Shown here: positions 12,266-24,170 of the stretch, piece by piece
Layout of the letters: every line of letters begins with the position of its first letter
Numbering within the stretch: position 1 is the first letter of the stretch
Source: Vitrella brassicaformis CCMP3155
Taxonomy: Eukaryota > Protista > Chromerida
Direction of reading: 5' to 3'
Assembly (NCBI GenBank): GCA_001179505.1
Contig: CDMY01000403.1
Coordinates: 1 to 64,000, forward strand
DNA length: 64,000 nt
Program-made: the position numbers and the translations under genes
Notes under the pieces: model-generated
Databases searched by the model: none
The model's input: the letters and a program-made list of their open reading frames with translations, nothing else
Told to the model about the DNA's origin: nothing

Positions 12266-12995
12266 ATGACGAGCTTCGTTCGCTTGAATGTCGGCGGTCG
12301 TGAGTTCAGTGTGGCGAAGTCGACACTGGCCATACACCCACACACCCTGCTGGGGCAACTGGTGACCAACGAGTCGACGGCCGAATACCAGCAGATCCAG
12401 CAAGGCCAGCCCGTCTTCATCGACCGAGACCCGGCGCTGTTTTCCCATGTACTCGACTACTACCGGGATGGACTGCCTCTGCTCATCGACGCCTCCGTCG
12501 ACACGCGCAAGCTGATCCGCGAGATGCGCTTCTTCGGCATCGATGTAACCACACGCACACCGCACGAGCACACACTCGTTCGCCCGCAGCCACTGAGATG
12601 CGATTCGTTGCTGATATGTGCATCAGGTGTCTGAGAGTGATTTGCAGGGCCCGCCGCCATCGGAACAGGAGCGAGCCTCGCGGAGGGAGGCGACGATGCG
12701 GCGCGTGGCCAACAAGGTCACACTGGGGCTTCTGGCCCGGTTGCGCCGGGATATCACCAGCACAGGCAGCTGGGCAGAGGTCCAATATGATCAGCTGATC
12801 GTCGCCGCGGCTGAGTGGGTTGGGGGGCCAGAGGCGGCGGAGATCAGGGCTTTCCCAGGCGACATAGGCAAGGTTGCCATGCTGTTTGGCATGGTGCGCC
12901 AGGAGATGGAGAGGGAGGCTGTGGGGTTCCGCTTCGCCCTGATCCCGACAGTGAACAAGACAGTCGTTGTCAAGATCTATCGGGCACGCAAATGA
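12266..12995 (+). CDS. BTB/POZ (KCTD/T1-type) domain protein, 2 exons (12266-12544, 12627-12995), 215 aa
   Basis: FVRLNVGGREF…HPHTLLGQL…FIDRDPALFSHVLDYYRDG…EMRFFGID. Phase-0 GT-AG intron 12545-12626. Confidence 0.85.
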
Positions 12996-13394
12996 CACAA
13001 CGCATCGTGAATGACGTTGTGTCATTTGCTGTTGCGTGTGGTGTGGTGTGCTTTCTCCTCAGGCCAACGCATGAGTCCTGTCCCACCAACCCCAGTGGCA
13101 CAACCGCCCGCGGCTGCCTGGCCAGCAGAGTAGATCATGTAGCAGAGTCAGCTGCTGTGTAGACCGCTGCCTGTTCAGAGTACTGATTGGTTGCATTAGC
13201 TCATGTAAGTATCACTGACAGCTGACCACATCACGGAGCTGTTTGGGTGTGAAAGAAAGATGGTGTACGCGTCTATATAAGAAAGCGACACGGGGTCTCG
13301 TGCGCTCTGCCGCCATTGCTTGGGTTGTTCCACTGTGGACCACCGTCAGTGTGCGTCCGCAGTGTTGCTAAGGGGATCTCCCCAACATCCTCAA

Positions 13395-13466
13395 GGGTCT
13401 TTAGCTCAGTGGTAGAGCGGCTGACTGCAGATCAGCAGGTCCCTGGTTCGAACCCGGGAGGGCCCT
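13395..13466 (+). tRNA. tRNA-Cys: tRNA-Cys (anticodon GCA)
   Basis: Acceptor stem GGGTCTT/AGGGCCC, D-arm AGCTCAGTGGTAGAGC, anticodon stem GCTGA/TCAGC with loop CTGCAGA, T-loop TTCGAAC, discriminator U. No intron. Confidence 0.95.
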
Positions 13467-14706
13467 TTATTACGGGGCGCTGATTTTGGCTTGACGGATT
13501 CTTCTCCACACGAAGACAACGAAGACACTCAGTCCAACGCACGCCAAAGCATGCAACTACTTACTCTCACACAGAGGTCGGTGACGATCCGCCGGCCAGC
13601 GTGGCAAGTCTCGCCACATGTGCGCGGCCAATCGACTCTCCCTCCCTGCCTGCCTGCCTGCCTGCCTCCTCCAGCGGCACCAAAAGGTTGGTCGTTGTCG
13701 GCCGTCGTGGCTGACCGTCACACAGAGGCGATGGGTCAATGCAACTGTGCTCCGTTGGGACAAAGGGGGGACAGACCTACGTAGAGACAGACAGACAGAC
13801 AGACAGACAGAAATGCACTGACTCTCCGTGATTTGCATCGGCCCAATGGGGGACGGCAGTGGTGCCTGACTCCCCGCCCCGTCCTCATCGTCGACAAAAC
13901 AAGAAAGAGCACACGTACGGATCTTGTCTGCGTCAGTTGGATCTGACGTAGGTGGATGGATGGATGTGTTCGAGTTGAGGGAAGACCCCCAGAGGACGGC
14001 CCTGCGCGACTGCTGCGACAGGACGAGTGCATACACCTACCCTGCCGGGTTGCAAGTTTCTTTGTGTGGCCGGATATATATAAAAGTTGACGAATACACC
14101 GAGTGAGTCATCATGATGTCCTAGTCATTCAGATGGAGCCCACACACAGGCATCCCATCATGTGGCCGGCTACTTAATTACAGATGCACAGATGCAGCGT
14201 GTCGGCCAATGCATACACACATACGCATATGCACGTGGAATGACTGCACATCTGTAGCGTCTGCCTGCCTGCCTGCCTGCCTGTCCTCCTCTCTCCTCTC
14301 CTCTCCTCTCGCCCCTTTACACCACACACATTTGTTGCGCAAGTGAGCAGCCAACCAGCCCATCTGAGCGACAGAGCAGTCAGCCATTAATTAGATAACA
14401 CACACCACACCACACCAAACCACATCTGCACTGGTTCTGCACACATCCATCCATCCATCCATCGTGGTCATGTCCATGCATGGACGTACAGTACACGCAC
14501 TCTTCTGTCTGTACCAATCCATGCCACCCATGCACACACGACACGCAACGCCATGCAATGCCGATGAGATGACCCCTACCTATATACACCTTCATGTGCA
14601 CGAAAAAGTGAGCGCCGTACACACGCAATCATACCACTTGCCACCACATCCTATCCCTTCACTCACAAACGCCCACCCGCACGCCCACCCGCCCGCCCAC
14701 ATCTCA

Positions 14707-15993
14707 CTAGACACCTTTCCCTGGCGAGTGCTGCCCATCCTTACTAATCCCCATCAACCTCTCCTTCTCCGCAGTGGGCTCTGGCGCCTGCTCCGTCCAC
14801 AGTGGGCTCCTCCTCGCACCATTGGTCATGCCCATCTCATAGTCGCCCTCCTTCTCCGATGCGCTCGTCTTCTCCACCATGGTCATCTCCGTCTCGCTCG
14901 ACGCTAGGCCCTTCTCGGCCGCTGACGGGGACTTGCCCTTCTTGTCCATCAGACCAGCGCCGCCGCCCGCGCCCATCTTGCCCTTCTGCCGCTCCTGCTC
15001 CTTCCACTTGCGCATCTCGGCCGAGTACCAGAAGGCGCCGATGGCCGTGGTGATGATGCCCACCCCCAGTGTGGGTGACATGACGCCGCCCAGCATGTAG
15101 ACGCTCAGCACGCAGGTCAGCACCTGCTTGACGTTGCCCGCGATGTTCATCGTCAGGGGCGCCACGAGGGCCGCCGTGCGGAAGGACACAAAATTGAGGA
15201 AGAAGGCCACCCAGCCGAGAATGAACAGATGGCCGACGAGCACCCAGCTCATGTTGGGGTCCACCAAACACCGGCCCACCTCGCCGAACACCCAGGAAAG
15301 ACAGAGCAGCTGGACGGCGGCGAGCGGGCAGAGATAGCGGAGGAGGTCGAGGGACGACAGGCCGAGTGAGCCCACTTGTGTCTGCTGGGTGATGATGCCC
15401 TTGATGGCCGCGATGGCCGAGCCGAACACCGTCAAGGCGAGCCCGAAGAGGTCGAAGCCCACCTCGCCCTTGATGGTGCAGGCGACGCCGAACATGACGA
15501 TGAGGATCGCGGGGAGGAGCTTCAGGGGGTATCTGGTGCGGAGGGCGACGAAGGAGATGACCATGGTGAAGAGGGGCACGGTGGTGCGGACCACCTGGTG
15601 CAGGTTGACCGACACGGCCATCAGCGAGGCGTTGCTCATCCAGATGTTGACCGTGAAGATGACACTGAACCAGCTGACCACCTTCCATCCGGCCTTGGAC
15701 AGCGGCTTGGGCGAGTAGGCGCCGAACAGTGCCGCGAGGTTGACGCCCAGCGTGGTGAAGACCATGTGTACGGTGGTCATGAGGAGGGGGTAGGGGAACT
15801 TGTAGATGCTGAACAGCGCCTTGCAGTACAGCGTGATGATCACGTTGAACCAGAACCACGCGTTGAGATAAAACAGACCCGTCATCTTGCCGGACAGCAT
15901 AGACGACGACAGCGGCTCCGACGTAGCGGGGGCAGGCTGCTTGTGCAGAAGACTCGAGGTGCTGATGCTGCTCTTCCCTTCCCCGCTTGACAT
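14707..15993 (-). CDS. Triose-phosphate/nucleotide-sugar transporter family (TPT/SLC35E, DMT superfamily); intronless
   Basis: About 10 TM segments. Motifs FKFPYP..MTTVHM, SNASLMAVSVNLHQVVRTTVPLFT, AIKGIITQ, LDLLRYLCPLA, FLNFVSF…PLTMNIAGNVKQVL. Confidence 0.85.
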   Translation of the reverse strand: MSSGEGKSSISTSSLLHKQPAPATSEPLSSSMLSGKMTGLFYLNAWFWFNVIITLYCKALFSIYKFPYPLLMTTVHMVFTTLGVNLAALFGAYSPKPLSKAGWKVVSWFSVIFTVNIWMSNASLMAVSVNLHQVVRTTVPLFTMVISFVALRTRYPLKLLPAILIVMFGVACTIKGEVGFDLFGLALTVFGSAIAAIKGIITQQTQVGSLGLSSLDLLRYLCPLAAVQLLCLSWVFGEVGRCLVDPNMSWVLVGHLFILGWVAFFLNFVSFRTAALVAPLTMNIAGNVKQVLTCVLSVYMLGGVMSPTLGVGIITTAIGAFWYSAEMRKWKEQERQKGKMGAGGGAGLMDKKGKSPSAAEKGLASSETEMTMVEKTSASEKEGDYEMGMTNGARRSPLWTEQAPEPTAEKERLMGISKDGQHSPGKGV

Positions 15994-16158
15994 GGCGCGA
16001 CGCTCTCGCAGCACCGCCAGCTATAGACTCGGGTAGAAAATTGCCTTGCCGTTGTGGTGCTGGTTGCCCCTCTCGCGTACAGTCGTCCCGAATCGGAATA
16101 CGTACTTTTCAGGTGACAGCGGTGAGCCCTAGCCCAGAGGGGACAGAAATACTGGGAC

Positions 16159-18962
16159 ATGGTCTCAACTTTCCTCGCCGGGACGACTTTCCTCCTTTTC
16201 CAGCTCCTCTGTCACGCTGATGAGGGCGACGCCTTCGTCCGTGTCCCTCCCGACATCGGCCAGCCTGACGCGGTGGTGCCCGACGAGGATCCCTACGACT
16301 TCAACAAAGCCACAGTGGCCCTCGCCACGGCCGAGTACACGACCGTGATTGACAAGGCGACGGGCCTCAGCTGGCCAGTGGAGACCAAGAAACAGCCCCA
16401 TGGCGGCTACGAGTACCTGTTCCCCGTCCCTGGCGCCAAATACGTGTCGCGGCACACGACCATTGCCGTGAGGGATGGGCGGAAGGTGGACGACCTCAGT
16501 GGTAAAGCCGGTGCGATCACTGTTACTGGGGCGGGTGGCCGGGCGGTGGGGGGCACGCTGGTCCTGGCTGATGACCGCAAGACCGTCATCTTCGCGCCGA
16601 CGGAGCCCTTTCAGCCGCTGGAGGGTGTCACCGTCAGCATCAATCAGCAGCTGTCGCCAAGCTGGGGAGGGGGTGAGGAGGGAGATCACGCCTTCGAGTG
16701 GACATTCAGCACTGCGGCATCGGCCACCGCCGCCCTTGGCGTCTCGGAGGCCGTGCAATGGGAGGCTGATTTTTCGCAGGACCACAGGTCATGCGCCATG
16801 AGCCCCAATGAGACCATCGGAGCAGATGCAGCCCCCCAGCGCAAGCAGGGGAGGAGGAAGGGGAAAGGGAGGAGGAAGGGGAAAGGCAAAGGCAAAAAGG
16901 ACAAGAAGCTCAATGAGGATAAACCGGACGACGACCCGTCGATCATCCGCTACCCCAGGCCATGGTACCGCACCGTCTCTCAAGAGTTCCCCGTTTATGA
17001 GGCTTACGTCGACAACGGGGCGGCGGCAGGCAGCCGTGCCAAGGGCAGCAATCCCGACTCCGCACCGGCCTTCCTGTCCCCCTCCCCGCCGCCTTCCCTT
17101 ATGCCCGGCGACGCGCCCCTCCATTTTTTTGGCGACATGCTGCCCCACCCGTACGTGGTCATTTTGGACGGAGCTGGCGACATTGTCTACCACCGCCGGC
17201 TGCTGGATGGCACGGTGGGATCGGACTTCCGCGTGCAGCCCAATGGCCGTCTCAACTACCTGAATGGCGCCAGGAAATGGACGTTCCGAGACCCGAATCG
17301 CCATGGGGTGGAGATGAGCCTCTCCTACGAGCCTGTGGCCGAGCACAGGGCTCGGCACGGATATCTGAGTGACAACCACCACATGGACTTGATGGCCGAC
17401 GGACGTGTGCTGACGTGTGTGTATGACTGGCAGCGGGCGGTGCCTATCGACTCGGCCGACGGCATTGCGGGGGTGGTGGTGCAGGAGACGGACAAGACAG
17501 GCAACGTCATATTTGAGGTGCGGTGGCATGCCATGGACACATCCACTCCCACTCCCATTCACACACTCTCTCGTGTGCTGTGCTGTGCTGTGCTGTGTGT
17601 GCTGCGTCGTGCTGCAGTGGCGTGCGTTGGACTATCTGGAGGTGCCTCGGCCAGAGCACCAGCCGCACCAGCGTGGCGACCAGCCCGGTGATTTCTTCCA
17701 CATCAACAACTGCGAGTACACCCCCGACGGCCACATCATCATCTCGCTCAAGGACTTCCACCAAGCCATCCTGATCAGCAGACAAGTAAGTAACCATCCT
17801 ACCTACCTCACCCCACATACATATCACCCGTACTCTTTCTCTCACACCCATTCGCTCGTGTGAGCTGCAGACGGGCAAGATCCTGTGGAAGCTCGGCGGG
17901 CGTGATTCGACCTTCACGTTCACCAACGAGGAGTGGGGCGAGATGCCGTTCCGCCGGCAGCACAAGGCGCACCAGCTGGGGAATGGCAATGTGCTCATGT
18001 GGGACAACTGGGAGGAGGAGGTGCCCGGCGGAGCGCCCGAGGGCAGGCGGTGGTCAAGGGCGGTGGAGTACCAGCTGGACCTCGACAAGAAGACTGCTAC
18101 CAAAGGTGACTGACTGACCAGTGATTATTGGGCTATGTCATGCAGCAATGGTGTCTTTGTGTGCGGTTGGTTGGTTGGGATGTGTGTATGTATGTCAGTC
18201 TGGGAGTACACCCCCTCCCCTCCTCTGTACTCTCGCTGCTGCGGCAGCATCCAGCGGATGCACAACGGCAACACGGCAATGGCACTAGGTAGGTGGAAGG
18301 GAATGCAGGGAGGGAGGCAGGCAGGCGAGCTACACACGCACAACCGTCCATCTTTGTGCCGTGCAGGTGCGGTGCCTCGCAAGGAGAACAACCCCTTCTT
18401 TCTGGAGGTGTCGCCCGACGGCCACATCGTCCGCCAACTCACCTCCAACAGCGCACGCTCATTCCGCGCCTTCATGATGCCCTTCAGAGGCACCTCCAGC
18501 CAGCCGGCCAGACTGGTGGTGTGCGACGACGGTGGGCTGGGGCAGGAGGTGGGGGCCACGCTGCACATGTCAGCCAACGGTGTGAGCGGCATCGTGCGGT
18601 GGGAGGTGTACGGCAGTCGTGATAGGGCAGCGCTGGAGACCATGGAGAAAAGACTTCTCAGGAAGAGTATCACGTGAGCTGCAGACACAGATGTGCACTT
18701 TAATAGTCAACGTGGCTGGGGTGTGGTGTGGTGTGTGGTGTGGTGTGGTGTTGCTCCCATGCAACGGACTGCAGCCGTCGGTACTACGAGCACGCCATCC
18801 CGCTTAGCGACGTCCTGCCGGCGGAAAAGAAAGAGGGCGACTTTTACCTGAGGGCTGTGCCCATCGTCGGTGAAGACGAGAAGAAGGGCGTGGCTTCCAA
18901 AGTGCTCAGACGTAAGCGCCTCCAAACAACACATTCACACATGTGTATGTGGGCACGTCCGT

Positions 18963-18993
<31 letters not shown>

Positions 18994-19315
18994 CGTGTGG
19001 GCACTGATGGCGTCAGTTCGGCTGTCCCACCCACACGCCCTGGCCTGCCGATGCTTCGACTTCGACATTGCCCACATAGCTGACGAGAAATCCGTCATCA
19101 AGACTATGCAGATCGCTCACAAGGGCGGCCCCTCTCTGCTGGTGATGGAGAGAATGGCGAGGTGCCGGCAGGCATGCACGAAACCGTCGTGCAAGTCATT
19201 TTCGTTTGATGAGAAGACCGGCGAGTGTCGGCTGCTGAGCAAGGCGGGCACGAGGGAGGCCAGGGGCGGGAGTGTCTCTGGACTGGCGGAGTGCGAGCCG
19301 GCGACGATTGACTGA
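16159..19315 (+). CDS. Secreted arylsulfotransferase (ASST)-like protein: signal peptide, bacterial Ig-like domain, ASST beta-propeller, Ig/FN3-like region, C-terminal PAN/apple domain
   Basis: GTLVLADDRKTVIFAPTEPFQP (Big_5/SbsA-like). DFRVQPNG, NHHMD, QETDKTGNVIFEW, DFFHINN, GKILWKLGG, RRQH, DN, SRAVEY, GSIQRMHNGN (ASST). CRQACTKPSCKSFSFDEKTGECRLLS (PAN). Confidence 0.8.
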
Positions 19316-20286
19316 TTGAACGGCTGGCCGGCCAAGTGGGGTGTGCGTTTTGTACTCAAGTGTGTGTATGTGTGTATGTGTCGTCTGTACTGTGTCTGTC
19401 GTCTGTCGCTGGCATATTTGTCCACCTGTGGCCGCGTATTTGTGTATTCATTTGTGGACTCTCTCTTGGCGTGCCTGCATTGCTATGTGCGGGACACTAG
19501 TGTTAGTGTGTGTGGTGTGCAGGGAATTCATTCATGCTCATTGGGGTGGGTGGATGCAATGCATGGCCGGATGCATGTAGTGATGTGTCGAGTCGAAGTG
19601 GTGTGATATCAATGTCTTGACTGACATATAGCCATGAAGGAATGAAGGAATGAGCCGTGTACATAGCCACATAACATAAAAACACGAGACACGCATACAG
19701 TATATCCACACATCACATGCACGTCAATCCGCTCACATCAATGAATCAGCCAGCCAGACAGCCACGCACATGGGAGGGAGAGTGAGCAGCCGTGCCGTGG
19801 CCACAACAGAAGTACCAAGTGCTGCTGGCTGTGTACGTACGTGGTGTGAATGGTCGCTTCACACTCATGTACACAGTTCCTGCCTTGAATGAGCTGTTCG
19901 TTGTCTGTTCTCTGATGGATGGATAAACCTATCCCCTGTCTCATTACGTCGTGCTGATGGCAGCTAACGGGAAAACCGCTCCCATCTCCTAAGTGTGTGT
20001 CAGGCGAGGGGGTGCGTGCTGGTGAGTGGGTGACAGGCTAGAGGGAATGGCCAGCTAGGGGGGTGGGCAGGCCGGCGGTGCTCTCAGCGGACGGTGCACA
20101 TCACAATACAAACGACGCTACCTAGAAGGCAATCCAGCCAGCCAGCCAGCCAGGCAGGAGAAAGCGTGAGGAAGAGAAGGGAAAAGACGACGAGCGAGCA
20201 GGCAGACACCGACACCCCATTCCCCTCTCTCCCATTATCTCCTTCCGTCTTGAGTTTCCCTGTTGAGTTCCCCTCTTGTCTCCCTA

Positions 20287-21124
20287 TCAGATTCCGTTGT
20301 TGTATTTGGCGTTGGCGTGTTTGTTGTTGCACACCACGCTGGGGCCGGCTTTCTTGATCTTCTCCGCCAGCACCGATGCCATCTTTTCGGCCACCGGAGC
20401 CCTTGCCATGGGCAACTCGTGCTCACGCAACGTCACACGCTGCAGCCGGGAGGTCTTGTTGCCGCTCACCGGCGCACTGGCTGCTGCAGCCGATGATGAC
20501 GCACTCTGAGAGGCGTCGTGAGGCAGACCAACCTGCATGCACAAAGAAAAGAGACGTCACATTTGTGTCCATTGGCTTAGCTCTCGCTCGCTTCCTCACC
20601 TTGCTGCCCGTGGTGTTGTTCTCTTTGCCCTGGTTCCCATTGTTGTCGTCCGGGGCCGCCTGGCCACCACCGGCGGCCGTCCACATGCGACGCTGACTCG
20701 TCTCGTCCCGGACGGACCAGCCCACATGTGCATCGCTGCCGCTTGCGCTGCTAGACTCCTGCTGTGGGGCTGCTGCGGCACCCTGCTCTTGGTCCATGGC
20801 GCGGTTCCGCTGACGTCGAGCGGCACGACGTCGCCGGCTTGTGGGCTCTTTCTTGACGTCCTCTGTCATGGGCTGCGGCAGGGGCATCATATCAGGGTTG
20901 TGAGCCCCCATCACGTAGGCGAATCGCATGAGGAAGAAGAATGCCTTGGGCCAGGCGTGGAAACGCTGCGGCATGCTGACGGGACGGATAGTTGTGCTCC
21001 TTGGACGATGTCGCAACGATGCGACTGTAACAGTTGAAGAGAGCGCTTGCAGTTCAAACTCGAAGCCGAACAGCTGAGGACCTTGGGAAGCGCGGCGTTC
21101 AGCGAGCTCAAAATGGGGCCCCAT
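20287..21124 (-). CDS. Hypothetical protein (2 exons; start uncertain)
   Basis: Long open frame with a hydrophobic stretch (AFFFLMRFAYVMG) and a basic RRRRAARRQR segment. A plausible intron leads to a last exon ending …NAKYNNGI*. No homology recognised. Confidence 0.3.
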
Positions 21125-21168
21125 TGCAATCCGCCCCTCCACCCCGTTCTTCGCCGTCAAATACGCGA

Positions 21169-24061
21169 ATGAACGCCGCTGCTGATCAATCCGCTGCTGA
21201 ACCCGGCCCGGCAGAGTCACAGAAGACAACTGAACACTGTCAACCGCTTCCGCTCCCTATCCCGGAGTCGGTCCTTGCTCACCTGCCCTGCATTCCGCGC
21301 ACCTCCCCTTCACTCAGAGCACGCAAACGCCTCCTCAACTTCGTCCACAACACGCCAATACTCGACGAACACTATCGCATCGACGCAGAGGAGGTCGCGG
21401 TCTTCAGCGGCGGACATGTGAGCACATTTTGTCCATGCGCGGAGGGCAAGGCGAGAGTGTGGGTCAAGATGGTGTTCAATGGCGGCGAGAGGAGGGTAGA
21501 GGCCTTTCTGAGAGAGGCCCTGATGCTCACTCGTGTATGCAGGAATGCCAGGGGGCTGCTGCCTGTCGAGAGAGTTGGTGTTGCCGTGCACAATGAACAG
21601 TGGAGATACGTGGCTGACAAGGGCTGGGAGCGACACCACGCTGCAGACGGAGACAACCAAAATGCTTGTGGCGTCATGGCAATGGACAGGACAATCAACT
21701 TTAACCATCTTCCTCTCAGCAACGTGGAAGAGGCTCTTTCTATGGGGATGTCTCATCTGTCTGACATGCTTGTGGGGCTGAAGGAGCGCGGCAGCGATGA
21801 AAAAAGGGAGGACCCGGAGGGGGACGCCACAGAGAGGGACCGTCAAGAGAGGGAAGATTCTCACAGGGTGGTTGCCGCGTTGCCTGACCGGGCCAGATAT
21901 CTAGTGGTGAAGGTACTGTGTGGAACAGCACAGATGTGGAACAGCACTCTCAGGACCAGCACGGTATCTTTGGATGGATGCAGCTCCTATGGATAATCGA
22001 CCTTCTCAAGTCGCTCGGTGATTCCACACACAGGGATTGACTCATGACGGAGAAAACAGTGTTTGTGGTGGTGCAGAGAACCACCACGATCAGCACCTCC
22101 TGCACAGCCACCTGTCTCTTAAGGACCTCTGCCTCCTCCCCTCTCCGTCATCAGCCTTCATTCCCCCGCCCCCTCCACCCCCGCCCCCACCGCCACCGGT
22201 CCCCACATTCCTTCCGCCACCAGAGCCCATCGAGCAGCCCCCAACACGTAGGCATGCAGTCGTTGAATATATGGATCGCCACTCTGTGTCTTTTGATCAG
22301 CAAAGTCGCCGCCCAGCCGGGGCCGAGGGAGAGGCAAGGCCAGGGGCAAGAGGAAATCAACAATAATGGCCAAGAAGGCGGCGGAGATCCTGCCTCCACC
22401 GCCACCGCAGCCGGCCGTGCCTGAGAGTGTCATTGAGGATATATTGACGCCTCCCCCGTCCCCGCCCGAGCCAATGCCCGTGAGGAGATTCCCTTTCGAT
22501 GTATCGCCTGCATGGTACGCTTGGAGAGGCGTCCATGCCCCACTTCAGTTTGGCTGTGTTTAACAGGGTTGCCTTCATGGACTGGCAGGGCGTTGTGTGT
22601 GCGCCAAGGGATAATCGGGGGCAAGACCCAGTGATGGTCCAGGCCCCATTGCCCTCGCGGGAGCTCCGTGACTTCATCCAAGAACAGTGTAACAGAGAGA
22701 GGCTGTCGCTTGTGAAGAGAGACACGCCAATGACGGACAAGTGGTGGACGGCGTGGGTCAAGGCCCACAGTGACGAAGACTGGATGAAGGGCACCGAGGC
22801 GATGCGAGACACGATGGCCGACGAGACGCTGAGAGAAGGCCTCCTGGACAGCCTCTTAAGAGCTGCGCCCGAGAGGGTGAGTGAGTGAGACAGAGAGAGA
22901 CATCCCCCGTCTCTGTGTGTGGATGCAAAGAGTTGCATCCAGGTCATCGAGTACGCGAAGGCTTCGCTGGGCGAAGCCATTGCGGAGAACCGCGATCGCG
23001 TGGGTGGGTGTGGCATCGGCCCCTGGACAGATGTGTATGCAGTCGGGATGGTCATGTATGAGCTGCTCACTGGTAGAGAACCCGTTTTGTCAGCCACACG
23101 TTTTGATTTCATGTGTCTGCTGCTCAGGCTCTTTGCCGCACTGCAGCACGCTGCCCGCGCTACAGGTAGACAGATATGAAGCCCGCAACTGCGCACACGA
23201 GCTGCACGTGTGTGTGTATGTGTTTGTGTGTGTTTGTGTCCTTCCGTCATACAGAAATCTCTTTTACACTTCTCCAGTGAGTGCGCCACAGCCTCAGCAG
23301 CTCCCCCCGTCCCGCCAACCAACACCCGCCCGTCGGCCCCAGACAACGAGTACCCCTTCCTCACATACGATGCATACCTCTGGCCCGATGTCTCGTCTCT
23401 CCCGCACACACGCCGTGTCTCATCGTCCAGCAGCGCCTCTCGAGCTGGTGGAGAGGACGGCAGCCCCTCTGTGCGTGACGACAGGAGCCCCTCTGCTCGG
23501 CTCTCTGTGAGCAGCTCCTCGGCCCGCTCGTCGACTGTGAGTTTCCCCGGCTCCTCGGTCAGGGACGAGCCGAGCGAGAGCATCGAGGACGCCTTCGTGG
23601 TAAGGATGCATGACGAACAGGTGGCAATTAAAAAGTCAAAGGCGATCGGGTACAACAGCCTGCAGAAGGCGGGGGCGGCTCTTGTCGTGGCCCTTGAGGA
23701 TTATGAGAATGACATGTGGACATTCCCTCGGTGGGCCGATCTGCACTCACCCCTTCTTTTTCTGCCGGCAAGAAAGAAGCCAGAGACGACACACACAGAA
23801 GGGGCGGGGAGTGGGGTGAGGAGGAAAGGCGGACAGAGGTCTGTCGTTGCTAGGAGAGACGAGCTGCTAGACATCCTGCACGCTGCATGTGCAAAGAAAC
23901 CATCTCAGAGATACCAGAGTGCAGGCGAGATGCGGCAACAACTGGTGAGTAGAATTATTTCAGAAAGACGGTTTCATGATACATCTCGTGGGTCTGTCTC
24001 ATGCTGTCAACTGCAGGAGGCGTATTTGCGTGACATATTGTCGCTGTGCTTGCAAGAGTGA
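21169..24061 (+). CDS. Divergent protein-kinase-fold protein, probably a pseudokinase, with long low-complexity insertions
   Basis: VWVKMV (Lys), FLREALML (alphaC Glu), LLHSHLSLKDL (HRD loop, no Asp), VAFMDWQG (DFG position), RAAPE, GPWTDVYAVGMVMYELLTG (subdomain IX), AACAKKPSQRYQSAGEM (subdomain XI). Start and end are approximate. Confidence 0.65.
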
Positions 24062-24170
24062 CTATCAGGTCTAGCACTAGCAAGCACCGCTAGTCTTCAT
24101 GTACGTGCACACTTCCAGCGCGTTCATGCAGCCTTTACAGGTCGTCCCACATGGACCTACCAGATGTCCT

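Noticed and set aside
13491-14106. Possible small spliced gene downstream of tRNA-Cys
   Set aside because: I could not build a consistent exon chain or recognise any motif on either strand.
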